Origin: Candidatus Bathyarchaeia archaeon
GTDB lineage: Archaea; Thermoproteota; Bathyarchaeia; Bathyarchaeales; Bathycorpusculaceae
Direction: 5' to 3'
Length of the DNA stretch: 64,000 nt
Assembly (NCBI GenBank): GCA_050010755.1
Contig: JBEKKK010000001.1
Coordinates: 640,001-704,000, forward strand
Part shown: positions 38,390-47,844 of the stretch, piece by piece
Layout of the letters: each line of letters begins with the position of its first letter
Numbering within the stretch: position 1 is the first letter of the stretch
Notes under the pieces: model-generated
Told to the model about the DNA's origin: nothing
Seen by the model: only the letters and a program-made list of their open reading frames with translations
Databases searched by the model: none
Position numbers and translations under genes: made by a program

Positions 38390-38441
38390 CGGCTCACAGG
38401 AAATGTTGAAACGACTAGTTTAAGAATTGTACTGTACGCAC

Positions 38442-38468
38442 GTTTGGGATAAAACTATCCTTTCTCTC
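38442..38468 (-). repeat. cassette-boundary site H (reverse orientation, degenerate)
   Basis: GTTTGGGATAAAACTATCCTTTCTCTC; flank CCAAACGTGCG (reverse complement) resembles site E flank CCAAACCGTGCG. Confidence 0.75.
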
Positions 38469-38559
38469 ATTCGCCTGTTCCACGTGTGCCGGTTCGAGAC
38501 GCAACGGCCCTGTTCTGTGCAGAATCCAAATATTCAAGTCGGTCGAAGTTAACCTTGAA

Positions 38560-39078
38560 ATGAAAATAACCATCGAACCCGAAACTGAAGGCGATTACGA
38601 ACAGATAAATGGGCTTCACACATTAGCGTTTGACGGAGATCGCGAAGCAAGACTCGTGGCGAAATTGAGAAGGACGCCAATTTACATTCGCGAATTATCT
38701 CTTGTCGCAAGATACAGAAACGCGATTATTGGACACGTATTGTTCTACCCGATAAAAATCCGTACAAGCAGAAAGAAATGCGGCTCATTGGCCTTGGCAC
38801 CCGTTTCCGTGATTCCTAAATTTCAAAACAGAAAAGTCGGCAGCAGATTAATCAAGGAAGGCTTAGAGAAGGCTCACAAACTCGGATTCAAGTCCGTAAT
38901 AGTTGTTGGACACTCCAAGTATTATCCGAGATTTAGGTTTGAGAGAGCCAGCAAATACGGAATCTCAGCACCATTCAAGGTCCCTGACACAGCTCTCTTT
39001 GCCATCGAGTTAGAGAAAGACGGATTGAAAAACTGCAACGGAACAATAGAATATCCCATCGAATACGACGGAGTATAG
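38560..39078 (+). CDS. GNAT N-acetyltransferase (YhbS-like)
   Basis: LALAPVSV.PKFQNRKVGSRLI, VVGH..YY.RF. Confidence 0.9.
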   Translation: MKITIEPETEGDYEQINGLHTLAFDGDREARLVAKLRRTPIYIRELSLVARYRNAIIGHVLFYPIKIRTSRKKCGSLALAPVSVIPKFQNRKVGSRLIKEGLEKAHKLGFKSVIVVGHSKYYPRFRFERASKYGISAPFKVPDTALFAIELEKDGLKNCNGTIEYPIEYDGV

Positions 39079-39221
39079 TTTATCCTATTCCAGGGCCAGA
39101 AAGGCATGGACGACAACGAAAAAAACAATTCTTGCGTAATACTTCAGAGCGTTGAATGCCTGTTCGCGTTTGCAGAAAAGTTATAGCCGAACTTAAAACA
39201 ACTATCGATTGGTGAATCGGG

Positions 39222-39779
39222 TTGCTTGAAGGAAAGAACGTAAATTTGAGGGTCTTGGAAAAAGAAGATGTTGATTTTGAAGCTGAATGCTTTAATGACA
39301 TAGATTTCTGGGGAGAGCATAACAGCCCTGCTTTTGGGCAGATTTCAAAATCAACCTTGATGCAGCTATTCGATAATCCTTCAGACTTTCAAAAAGTGAC
39401 CGAGTGGAAGCTGTTCGTCATTCAGAAGAAGGATGGAACCAGGATAGGCCTCATCTATCATCGGATTTATCAGCCATACGGAGTGACGGGAATTGGATGC
39501 TTTTTGGTTCCTGGCCAAAGGGGGAAAGGATACGGAACAGAAGCCACTCAGCTAATGGTTGATTACCTTTTTCTCACCAAAGACATCGTCCGCATTCAAG
39601 CAACAACAAACGTCAAGAACGAGATGGCCAGGAGGGCTTTAGAGAAAGCAGGCTTCAAAACAGAGGGAACAATCAGAAAACTAAAATTCGTAAGAGGAGT
39701 CTGGACCGACTTCCATCTCCTCAGCATCCTCAGGGAAGAGTGGAAAGAACCAAGAATACTGACAAAAACCACCCGATGA
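39222..39779 (+). CDS. GNAT acetyltransferase, RimJ/RimL family
   Basis: QRGKGYGTEA, LEKAGFKTEG, SILREEW. Confidence 0.9.
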   Translation: MLEGKNVNLRVLEKEDVDFEAECFNDIDFWGEHNSPAFGQISKSTLMQLFDNPSDFQKVTEWKLFVIQKKDGTRIGLIYHRIYQPYGVTGIGCFLVPGQRGKGYGTEATQLMVDYLFLTKDIVRIQATTNVKNEMARRALEKAGFKTEGTIRKLKFVRGVWTDFHLLSILREEWKEPRILTKTTR

Positions 39780-39911
39780 AGGCTCGCTTATGGTTGAGTT
39801 CATTCCGTGGACGCTTCCCAGTCTCTCGTTTTTTTGTCCCGTCGCTGGTGTTCGCTGTGCTCACGAAAGGTTTATTCATAAAGGTGCCAGACTAGCAATT
39901 GAGGTATCGTT

Positions 39912-40646
39912 ATATCGTTTGAGTCAGGCAGAAAACTGGGTCTGACAGGAAGTTTAATAGAGGTTATCATTCCGATTGCGATCGTAGCGGCAGCGATACT
40001 TTACATCTGGTCAGTATTCTCATCTCTTGTCTCAACATCAATCCCGACGATTCCCTCATTCTATTCTACATCCTTGGTATTTCTGATAGTTTTTATTCTG
40101 CTCGGAATCATGATTTTCATTGGAATCTTCCTGTTCGTCATAGGTATGCGCCGCTTGTCGCGTTACTACGATGAGCCTCGCATTTTCAAGAATGCCCTAT
40201 ACGGTTTCATCTTAAACGTAGTTGGATCGGTAACTGCAACAGTCATAGAGTTCACTTTCGTGCTAGAATCAATAAGGAGCATCAATCAAACAGGCACCAC
40301 GCCGTTAGCTGCCACATTGGGGCCAGCCGTCTCGACAGTGGCGAGCGTTTCAACTGAGCTTACCATTGCATATTATGCAGCGCTAGCCATAGGCTTTGCG
40401 CTAGGAATAATAAGCGCCGTACTCTACATGCGCGCATTCAACATGCTAGCGGAAAAATCAGGTAAGGGTAACTTCAAAACTGTAGCACTCCTCTACCTTC
40501 TAGGCACAGCACTAACAATCCTGCTGATAGGAAGTTTACTCGTTTGGATAGCGTGGATTTATGCAGCGACAGGATTCAACTCGCTCAAACCAAAAGAAGC
40601 CTCAGCAACAAAGCCTCAGGTCCCTCTTCCACCCTCATGGTCGTAA
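39912..40646 (+). CDS. DUF996 family membrane protein
   Basis: LSRYYDEPRIFKNAL, LAEKSG..FKT..LLY; frame open from ATA 39912 (xSFESGRKLGLTGS) after a GAGGT RBS. Confidence 0.75.
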   Translation: MSFESGRKLGLTGSLIEVIIPIAIVAAAILYIWSVFSSLVSTSIPTIPSFYSTSLVFLIVFILLGIMIFIGIFLFVIGMRRLSRYYDEPRIFKNALYGFILNVVGSVTATVIEFTFVLESIRSINQTGTTPLAATLGPAVSTVASVSTELTIAYYAALAIGFALGIISAVLYMRAFNMLAEKSGKGNFKTVALLYLLGTALTILLIGSLLVWIAWIYAATGFNSLKPKEASATKPQVPLPPSWS

Positions 40647-40866
40647 TAATCACCCCATAGTTAGTAGAGCGCCTTCACCGAGCTGATCCAGACATAGCGA
40701 CATTGCCTTTCCCTAGCTGAACAGTCAACCCGACTCACGATGAAGAGAAACTCCAGAGTCATGTTCCAGACGGGCAAGTGTCTAACAGAATCTTAAGGTT
40801 TCTGCACAACAGTTATGTTAGGGTGGAGAATTCACTACTTCGAAAGTTAACCGAGGAGATGTATGA

Positions 40867-41823
40867 TTGTCTCTCAGCGACGGGAAAATGGTTGAATTGT
40901 ATAAGGAAATGCTGAAGATAAGACGCTTCGAAGAGAGAGTCAGCGATTTATTCTCTAAAGGACTGATTCCCGGTTTCGTTCACCTTTACATAGGACAAGA
41001 AGCGGTCGCCGTTGGCATCTGCGCAAACTTGACGAAAAACGATTACATAACGAGCACACACAGAGGCCACGGACACTGCATCGCGAAGGGTGCAGATATG
41101 AAAAGAATGATGGCCGAACTCTTCGGAAAGAAGACAGGCTACTGTAAGGGCAAAGGAGGCTCAATGCACATCGCAGATTACAGCTCAGGGATACTAGGAG
41201 CAAACGCAATAGTGGGTGCCAACATACCCATCGCGGCTGGCGCCGCATTCGCAGCCAAATCGAAAGGAACCACTAACGTGTCAGTCTCTTTCTTCGGCGA
41301 CGGTGCGTCAAACACAGGAGCCTTTCACGAAGGAATTAACATCGCGGCGGCATGGAAACTACCCGTAATATTTGTCTGCGAAAACAACCTGTACGCAATT
41401 TCCACACGCACGACAAGATCCATGCCGATAACCAATATAGCTGATCGCGCCGCTTCCTACGGCATTCCAGGCGTAATCGCCGACGGCATGGACGTAATGG
41501 CGGTTTACGAAGCAGCTCACGAAGCCACAGACAGAGCAAGGAAGGGGCTAGGCCCAACGTTGATTGAATGTAAGACCTACAGGTTCTACGGATCATTCGA
41601 AGGCGATCCACAGCGCTACCGAACGAAGAGCGAGAGAGAAGAATGGCAAACGAAGGACCCGCTAAACTTCGGTGAAAAGCTAGTCAAACAGGGCATCATG
41701 ACCGATGCAGATCTCCAGAAAATCGATCAAGAGGTTAAGTCGGCCGTGGAAGAGGCGGTAGAATACGCACAGAACAGTCCGTATCCCGAAGCGGAAGAGG
41801 TGACAAAGGACCTGTTCGCATAG
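40867..41823 (+). CDS. TPP-dependent 2-oxoacid/acetoin dehydrogenase E1 alpha
   Basis: GFVHLYIGQEA, STHRGHGH, GKGGSMH, FFGDGA...ENN. Confidence 0.95.
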   Translation: MSLSDGKMVELYKEMLKIRRFEERVSDLFSKGLIPGFVHLYIGQEAVAVGICANLTKNDYITSTHRGHGHCIAKGADMKRMMAELFGKKTGYCKGKGGSMHIADYSSGILGANAIVGANIPIAAGAAFAAKSKGTTNVSVSFFGDGASNTGAFHEGINIAAAWKLPVIFVCENNLYAISTRTTRSMPITNIADRAASYGIPGVIADGMDVMAVYEAAHEATDRARKGLGPTLIECKTYRFYGSFEGDPQRYRTKSEREEWQTKDPLNFGEKLVKQGIMTDADLQKIDQEVKSAVEEAVEYAQNSPYPEAEEVTKDLFA

Positions 41824-41835
41824 GCAGGGGTTGGA

Positions 41836-42813
41836 ATGAACATGCGAGAAATAAATTATGTTGATGCACTTCATGAGGCCATACGCGAAGAAATGTTGCG
41901 GGACGAAACAGTGTTTGTCCTTGGCGAAGACATAGCCGTGCACGGCGGCGACTTCGGAGTCACGAAGGGGCTTCTGGAAGAATTTGGAGAAAACCGGGTT
42001 AGAGACACTCCAATCTCTGAAACAGCAATAATCGGCCTCTCACTGGGTGCGGCTTCCGCTGGAATGAGACCCATTGCGGAGATAATGTTTTCCGACTTTC
42101 TCGGCGTTTGCATGGACCAGATACTCAATCAAGTGGCAAAAATGCGCTACATGTCCGGCGGACAGGTGAAAACGCCGATAGTCATAAGAACAGCTTTCGG
42201 TGCAGGAATAAGCGCAGGTCCACAACACTCGCAGAGTCCTGAGGCATTTTTTGTGCACATTCCTGGGCTCCAAGTCGTCATACCGTCAAACCCGTACGAT
42301 GCGAAAGGACTGCTTAAAACCGCAATCAGGAGCGACAATCCTGTCGTCTTTTTTGAACACAAGCTGCTCTACAGCATTAAAGGCCCAGTGCCTGAAGCCG
42401 AGTACTGCATTCCATTTGGAAAAGCGGAAACCAAAAGAGAAGGCAAGGACGTCACGATTCTGGCCACTGGACTAATGGTAAACAAGGCCTTAGCGGCATC
42501 TCAGAAGCTTGAAAGAGAAGGAATCAGCGCGGAAGTAATCGACCCTAGAACCCTGGAACCTTTTGACAAGGACGCCCTCATGAATTCAGTCAAGAAGACG
42601 GGAAGGTTCGTCGTGGTTCACGAAGCTTGGAGGAGATGCGGTGTAGGCGCCGAATTCGCAGCGATGGTGGCCGAAGAGCTCATGGACTATCTGGATGCCC
42701 CCGTCAAGAGAGTCTGCGGGATGAGCGTTCCGGCTCCATTCAGTCCAGCGTTGGAAAAATACGTGATACCGAACGAGAACGACATTGTTAAGGCAGTTCA
42801 AGAAATCGTTTAA
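41836..42813 (+). CDS. 2-oxoacid/acetoin dehydrogenase E1 beta
   Basis: GEDI, DTPISE, QHSQ, EHKLLY. Confidence 0.95.
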   Translation: MNMREINYVDALHEAIREEMLRDETVFVLGEDIAVHGGDFGVTKGLLEEFGENRVRDTPISETAIIGLSLGAASAGMRPIAEIMFSDFLGVCMDQILNQVAKMRYMSGGQVKTPIVIRTAFGAGISAGPQHSQSPEAFFVHIPGLQVVIPSNPYDAKGLLKTAIRSDNPVVFFEHKLLYSIKGPVPEAEYCIPFGKAETKREGKDVTILATGLMVNKALAASQKLEREGISAEVIDPRTLEPFDKDALMNSVKKTGRFVVVHEAWRRCGVGAEFAAMVAEELMDYLDAPVKRVCGMSVPAPFSPALEKYVIPNENDIVKAVQEIV

Positions 42814-42854
42814 TAAATGAAAGGCTGATCATCAAAAATTGGAGGAGGAAGAAA

Positions 42855-44069
42855 TTGGCAACCAAGGTGATTATGACTAAGCTCGGTCTAACCATGAAAG
42901 ACGGGACCGTCGTTAACTGGCTCAAAGAGGAAGGAGAACCGGTGCAGAAGGGTGAACCTCTTGTTGAGGTGGAAACTGAGAAAATATCCACCGAATTGGA
43001 AGCCCCAGCATCCGGCGTCCTTCTGAAGATCACAGCCAAAAAGGGTACGATCGTCCCAGTATCGGGACTGTTGGGAATAATCGGGGAGCCTAACGAAGAC
43101 GTTTCGTCGATTGAGAACACTGAAGCCGAGCCAGAAATCTCCGCTGCGGCGCCAGAAACAGAGAAAATTTTGAAACAAAGCGAGGTTGAGGTTTCTCCAG
43201 AGAAGGTGAGGATCTCGCCGTTGGCAAGAAAGATTGCTGACGAGCATAAAATTGACTTAACAAAAATCACGGGAACAGGCCCTGATGGCAGAATAGTCAA
43301 AGAAGACGTTCTGAAGGCCCTTGGAAACACAGAAACTGTTGGCCAACCAACAGCTTCACTATCAAAGGAGGGGGTTGAGGTGGCTGAAGTCATTCCGCTG
43401 GTCAGTATGAGAAAGACCATAGCGGAAAGATTGTTTCAAAGCTACAGTTCAGCTGTACACACCACGGTGATAGCCGAAATTGACATGACTGAAGCCTCAA
43501 AATTCCGCCAAGAACTCACAGCCAAAGTCAAAGAAGAAACAGGGATCTCTCTGACTTACACGAGTATTATAGTTAAGGCAGCAGCCTTGGCTCTGAGAGA
43601 ACACAAGATGGTGAATTCAACGTTGGAAGATCAAGAAATCAAGATTCTCAAGAACATCAACGTGGGAGTCGCTGTCGACATTGAAGAAGGATTGATAGTC
43701 CCCGTAATTCGTGACGCGGACCGAAAGTCGCTCTCTGAAATTGCACTGCTCTTGTCGAAGTTGGGTGAAAAAGCGAGAAATCGAACTCTTTCTATGGAAG
43801 AAGTGGCCGGAGGTACCTTCACCGTCACGAACCTGGGCATGCTAGGGGTGCACACTTTTATTCCGATAATAAACCCGCCTCAAGCGGCGATTCTGGGAGT
43901 GGGGGCTATCGAAGATAGGCCAGTGATTGTCGAAGGAAACATTGTGGCGAGATCGAGACTCAACCTGAGCCTCGTGTACGATCACAGAATTATAAACGGA
44001 GCAGGGGCAGCCCGGTTCTTGCAGACGATGAAACGAATTCTAGAAGCGCCATCGACGTTGAATGGTTGA
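42855..44069 (+). CDS. dihydrolipoamide acyltransferase E2
   Basis: Lipoyl domain VETEKI, E3-binding GTGPDGRI, catalytic DHRIING. Confidence 0.95.
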   Translation: MATKVIMTKLGLTMKDGTVVNWLKEEGEPVQKGEPLVEVETEKISTELEAPASGVLLKITAKKGTIVPVSGLLGIIGEPNEDVSSIENTEAEPEISAAAPETEKILKQSEVEVSPEKVRISPLARKIADEHKIDLTKITGTGPDGRIVKEDVLKALGNTETVGQPTASLSKEGVEVAEVIPLVSMRKTIAERLFQSYSSAVHTTVIAEIDMTEASKFRQELTAKVKEETGISLTYTSIIVKAAALALREHKMVNSTLEDQEIKILKNINVGVAVDIEEGLIVPVIRDADRKSLSEIALLLSKLGEKARNRTLSMEEVAGGTFTVTNLGMLGVHTFIPIINPPQAAILGVGAIEDRPVIVEGNIVARSRLNLSLVYDHRIINGAGAARFLQTMKRILEAPSTLNG

Positions 44070-44865
44070 GACAGTTCCAAAGCTGCTGACTCCAATGAAG
44101 AACGTAGAGACTTGGCGACTGCTCGATCTAGAATATTCAAACCCGTACATGAACTTGGCTCTGGAAGAAGCCATTCCGTGCAATGTGGGAAAGGGCACGT
44201 CTCCGAACTCTATACGTTTCTGGAGAAACTCGAATGCCGTCGTCATAGGCAACTTCCAGTCAGCAAAGAGAGAAGTCAACCTTGACTGGTGCAATAAGCA
44301 CCGAATTGCCGTTGGGAGGAGGTTTACGGGAGGAGGAGCCGTTTATCACGACCTTGGAAACCTGAACTGTTCAATCTCCGTACGCAGAGATCATCCATTG
44401 ATACAGACTGATCTCGAAGGTACCTTTGTTGAGCTCTCACATGGGGTGATCGAAGGCCTAAAACTGCTCGGTGCACCGGTGAGGTTTGAGCCTCCAAGCA
44501 GTATTCAAGTGAACGGGCGGAAGATTTCGGGAGGAGCCGGGGCTTTGAAAGGAGGGTTCGTTTTTCATCATTGTTCCATCCTGATCAGCTCGGACTTGAA
44601 AATGCTTTCAGAGGTCTTGAATTCAAGCGAAAATTCAGTCGGCGAGCCCTGTGTGCGCAGCGCAAAGAAAACTGTTTCAAACCTTTCGATTGAGCTCGAT
44701 AGAGAACTGACCATAACAGAGGTTAAGGATTCACTCATAATAGGCTTTGAAAAGGCCTTCGCGATTGAACTTGCAAAAGGCGAGACCACTACAGAAGAGA
44801 GGGTGCTTGCCGAGAAGTTATACAGCGAAAAATATTCAAAGGAAGAATGGAACTTCAAACGTTAG
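44062..44865 (+). CDS. lipoate-protein ligase A family (catalytic domain only)
   Basis: NLALEEA, RRFTGGGAVYHD, GRKISG. Confidence 0.9.
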   Translation: MVETVPKLLTPMKNVETWRLLDLEYSNPYMNLALEEAIPCNVGKGTSPNSIRFWRNSNAVVIGNFQSAKREVNLDWCNKHRIAVGRRFTGGGAVYHDLGNLNCSISVRRDHPLIQTDLEGTFVELSHGVIEGLKLLGAPVRFEPPSSIQVNGRKISGGAGALKGGFVFHHCSILISSDLKMLSEVLNSSENSVGEPCVRSAKKTVSNLSIELDRELTITEVKDSLIIGFEKAFAIELAKGETTTEERVLAEKLYSEKYSKEEWNFKR

Positions 44866-44940
44866 GCCTGTTTCACTCCTCAGCAAATCGTATAAGCTAA
44901 AGCTCATTCTGTCTAGCCTCTAAACAGAGTATTTGATCTG

Positions 44941-45948
44941 GTGAAGGTGGCCACGATGAAAAAACTTACCTCTGAAGAGACGAAGAGAGCTTCGGAGCTG
45001 CACAAAGAAGCAGTCATAGTTGATTCCCTGAACGCTTCGGTCATGTCGGACGAGTATTTCAGGAAACTTCAAAAAGGCGGCGTCACAGCCACAAACTATA
45101 CCATTGCTATGATGCACAACATGTCAGAGACAGTCAAAAGGATTCTCGACATGCAAGACATGATCGCTACAGAGAACAATACCGTTGTTCTGGGAACCAC
45201 AGCTGAAGACATAGTTAAGGCGAAGCGGGAAGGAAAAACTGCCATTCTTCTAGGCTTCCAGAATATTCAGCCCCTTGAGAATGACCTGAGACTGCTAAAG
45301 CTGTATCACTTTTTGGGAGTGCGAATAATCCAGTTGAGTTACCACTTCAGGAACGCAGCGGCTGACGGTGGCGGAGAACGAATAGACTCCGGACTTAGCC
45401 TTTTCGGAATCTCACTTATAGACGAGATGAACCGCTTGGGAATGGTTGTAGATCTTGCACATGTTGGGAGGCAGAGCGTCTTGGAGGCGGTGGAAACTTC
45501 GGAAGATCCTGTGATAGCTTCTCATTCTAACCCTCGGGCACTCGTGGATGCATTTCAAAACAAAACGGACGAAGAGATCAAAGCAATGGCTGAAAATGGC
45601 GGCGTCATAGGCGTGACGGCATTCCCGAGGCTCCTCGGTAAAGATCCGGACAAAATCAGTCTGGACAACTTGCTTGACTGCATTGACTATGTGGTTGAAC
45701 TCGTTGGGGCTGACCACGTTGGTATAGGGTTGGACTTCGCCGAAGGATGGGCAGAGTATCCGCCATCGAGAATGAGTCTTATGAAGATAGATGGAAGAAT
45801 CTATATCTATCCTCGAGAAATTGACACTGTAACCAAATTTCCGAATATCACAGTAGGCCTGATTGGAAGAGGGTACTCAGACGCGGAAACGAAGAAAATT
45901 CTGGGCGAGAATTTTTTGAGAGTGTTCGAGAAGGTTTTTGGGAAATAG
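44941..45948 (+). CDS. M19 membrane dipeptidase family protein
   Basis: DSGLS..G, VDLAH, ASHSN, HVGIGLDF, KILGENFLR. Confidence 0.88.
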   Translation: MKVATMKKLTSEETKRASELHKEAVIVDSLNASVMSDEYFRKLQKGGVTATNYTIAMMHNMSETVKRILDMQDMIATENNTVVLGTTAEDIVKAKREGKTAILLGFQNIQPLENDLRLLKLYHFLGVRIIQLSYHFRNAAADGGGERIDSGLSLFGISLIDEMNRLGMVVDLAHVGRQSVLEAVETSEDPVIASHSNPRALVDAFQNKTDEEIKAMAENGGVIGVTAFPRLLGKDPDKISLDNLLDCIDYVVELVGADHVGIGLDFAEGWAEYPPSRMSLMKIDGRIYIYPREIDTVTKFPNITVGLIGRGYSDAETKKILGENFLRVFEKVFGK

Positions 45949-46010
45949 AACTCGAGAATGAAGCCGCAAGTCTTGCTTGAGTCTCAACTGTTTGTGTCCA
46001 AATAGTTGGT

Positions 46011-46889
46011 TTATGTCTTGACCCCGATCCCTGCGGCTATTCCTTTCTTAATCCTTTCGGAGAAGAGCAGGTAAAGTACGAACAGCGGTATGGTGGAGAT
46101 TATTATTCCGGCTGACATTGCTCCGTATTGACGGTTGAAACCGTTCCAGAAATTGTTGTAGAGTGTGAGCTGCAGAGTGTTCGAGCTTGCCGTGTTGATG
46201 AGCACTAGCGGGTAGAGGAAGTCGTTCCAGACGAAAATGGCTTCCAAGATCATTCCTATAAGAACTGTTGGCATGGCGAGCGGAAGTGCTACCCTCCAGT
46301 ATGTTTGGAATGTTGATAGTCCGTCCACTTTTGCGGCATCTTCCAAAGACGAAGGAATGGATAAGAAACCGAGCCTTGATATGAAGACTGAGTAAGGCAG
46401 ACCTGAAGAAACATAGACCAGTATCAAACCCAGTAAGGAGTTTGTCAGGCTCAAGCCTCGGAGTAGAATCAGCAAAGGAATCAGTGAAACCTGAGGCGCT
46501 ATGTACATTCCAGCAATCAAAAGATACAACCACGTACTCTTGCCTCTGTACTCTGCTTGGGCCAGTGCGTATGCAGCCATCGGCGAAACGACAAACAATA
46601 TAACGATTGTTAGAGTCGTAACTATTACGCTATTCATGAATGCATTTCCCACACTCGTTGACCCACCGCTGCCTCCTGTGGTCCATGCGTAGATGTAGTT
46701 CTGCCATTGGGGACTGCTTGGTAAACCCCAGATGTTTGAAGTCAAAGCTTGATTTGTCTTGAGAGACGCGAGGATGGTCCATATAAAAGGGTATACTGCA
46801 GCGATTGACCATAGAATCAAGATTGCGAAGCCGACGGTTCTCGTGAACCTGCTTCTGAGCCAATTCCATGGACTGTACTCTGAAGTCAT
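46011..46889 (-). CDS. carbohydrate ABC transporter permease (MalG-like)
   Basis: IPSSLEDAAKVDG EAA motif, WNDF. Confidence 0.92.
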   Translation of the reverse strand: MTSEYSPWNWLRSRFTRTVGFAILILWSIAAVYPFIWTILASLKTNQALTSNIWGLPSSPQWQNYIYAWTTGGSGGSTSVGNAFMNSVIVTTLTIVILFVVSPMAAYALAQAEYRGKSTWLYLLIAGMYIAPQVSLIPLLILLRGLSLTNSLLGLILVYVSSGLPYSVFISRLGFLSIPSSLEDAAKVDGLSTFQTYWRVALPLAMPTVLIGMILEAIFVWNDFLYPLVLINTASSNTLQLTLYNNFWNGFNRQYGAMSAGIIISTIPLFVLYLLFSERIKKGIAAGIGVKT

Positions 46890-47827
46890 TTCTCACTCCT
46901 CCCGCGAAAGAGTCTGAATTGAACGACAATTAGCACGATGCCTATCATGAGCATGAAAAAAGCAACGGCCGCAGGTTGTCCTCCTTCGTAGTATTTGAGA
47001 TAGCGGTACAGATAAAGTGAGATAACATCATCTGAAATATGTGGTCCCTCACCAGTCAACGTATAGACCAGATCAAATATCTTGAAGGAGGAAGAGAGAA
47101 CCAGAACAAGCGCTAAGGCTATTGTCTCCTTCATCATTGGCCATATTACCCGTGTGATCTTCTTCAGGTCAGAGAGTCCATCAATTTTCATCGAATCGTA
47201 GATTGATGGAGGAATTGTTCGAAGGCCTGCAGAGTAAATGATGGCGTACAGCCCTATGCCTTGCCAATTTGCCGCAAGGAGAACGGAGAGGAGCATTGTA
47301 TTCGGATTTGAGGTCAATGAAACCGGTATAGTTGGTAACCCCACGAACCTGAGCGCACCGTTTATGCGGAGGTAATTTATCATAGAATCCAGCAGGCCGA
47401 AAGATGGACTGTAGATCCACGTCCACATTAACCCCACTGAAACAAACGATAGAACAATGGGAATAAGAGCCACAGACAGGAAAACATCTCCCACTTTCCC
47501 GTATTTTCGTGCAAGCCAGGCGAGACCGAATCCAATCAGAAATTGTGCCACAGAATTTGCTGCCATAATTATCAGAGTATTTTCTAGTGCGTGCTGAAAC
47601 AGGGGATCTAACGCTACGAAAATGTAGTTTTGGAGACCGACGTAGGACGTGTGAGGAGTGAAGAATATGAAATAGTTCAAGGGGACCCTTATATCGTATT
47701 TGTAGAGTCCCATCGTCAACCCGTTGATTACGGGATAAACAAAAAAAAGGAGATAGAGAACCAGTGTTGGCGCCAATAACGCGTAAAGGACTAATGTTTT
47801 TCTCGTTTCCGCTTTTACCATTTTCAT
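46886..47827 (-). CDS. carbohydrate ABC transporter permease (MalF-like)
   Basis: VGLQNY, AGLRTIP..IYDSMKIDG, FDLVY.LT. Confidence 0.92.
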   Translation of the reverse strand: MKMVKAETRKTLVLYALLAPTLVLYLLFFVYPVINGLTMGLYKYDIRVPLNYFIFFTPHTSYVGLQNYIFVALDPLFQHALENTLIIMAANSVAQFLIGFGLAWLARKYGKVGDVFLSVALIPIVLSFVSVGLMWTWIYSPSFGLLDSMINYLRINGALRFVGLPTIPVSLTSNPNTMLLSVLLAANWQGIGLYAIIYSAGLRTIPPSIYDSMKIDGLSDLKKITRVIWPMMKETIALALVLVLSSSFKIFDLVYTLTGEGPHISDDVISLYLYRYLKYYEGGQPAAVAFFMLMIGIVLIVVQFRLFRGRSEK

Positions 47828-47844
47828 CTATGCCTTACGCATTT

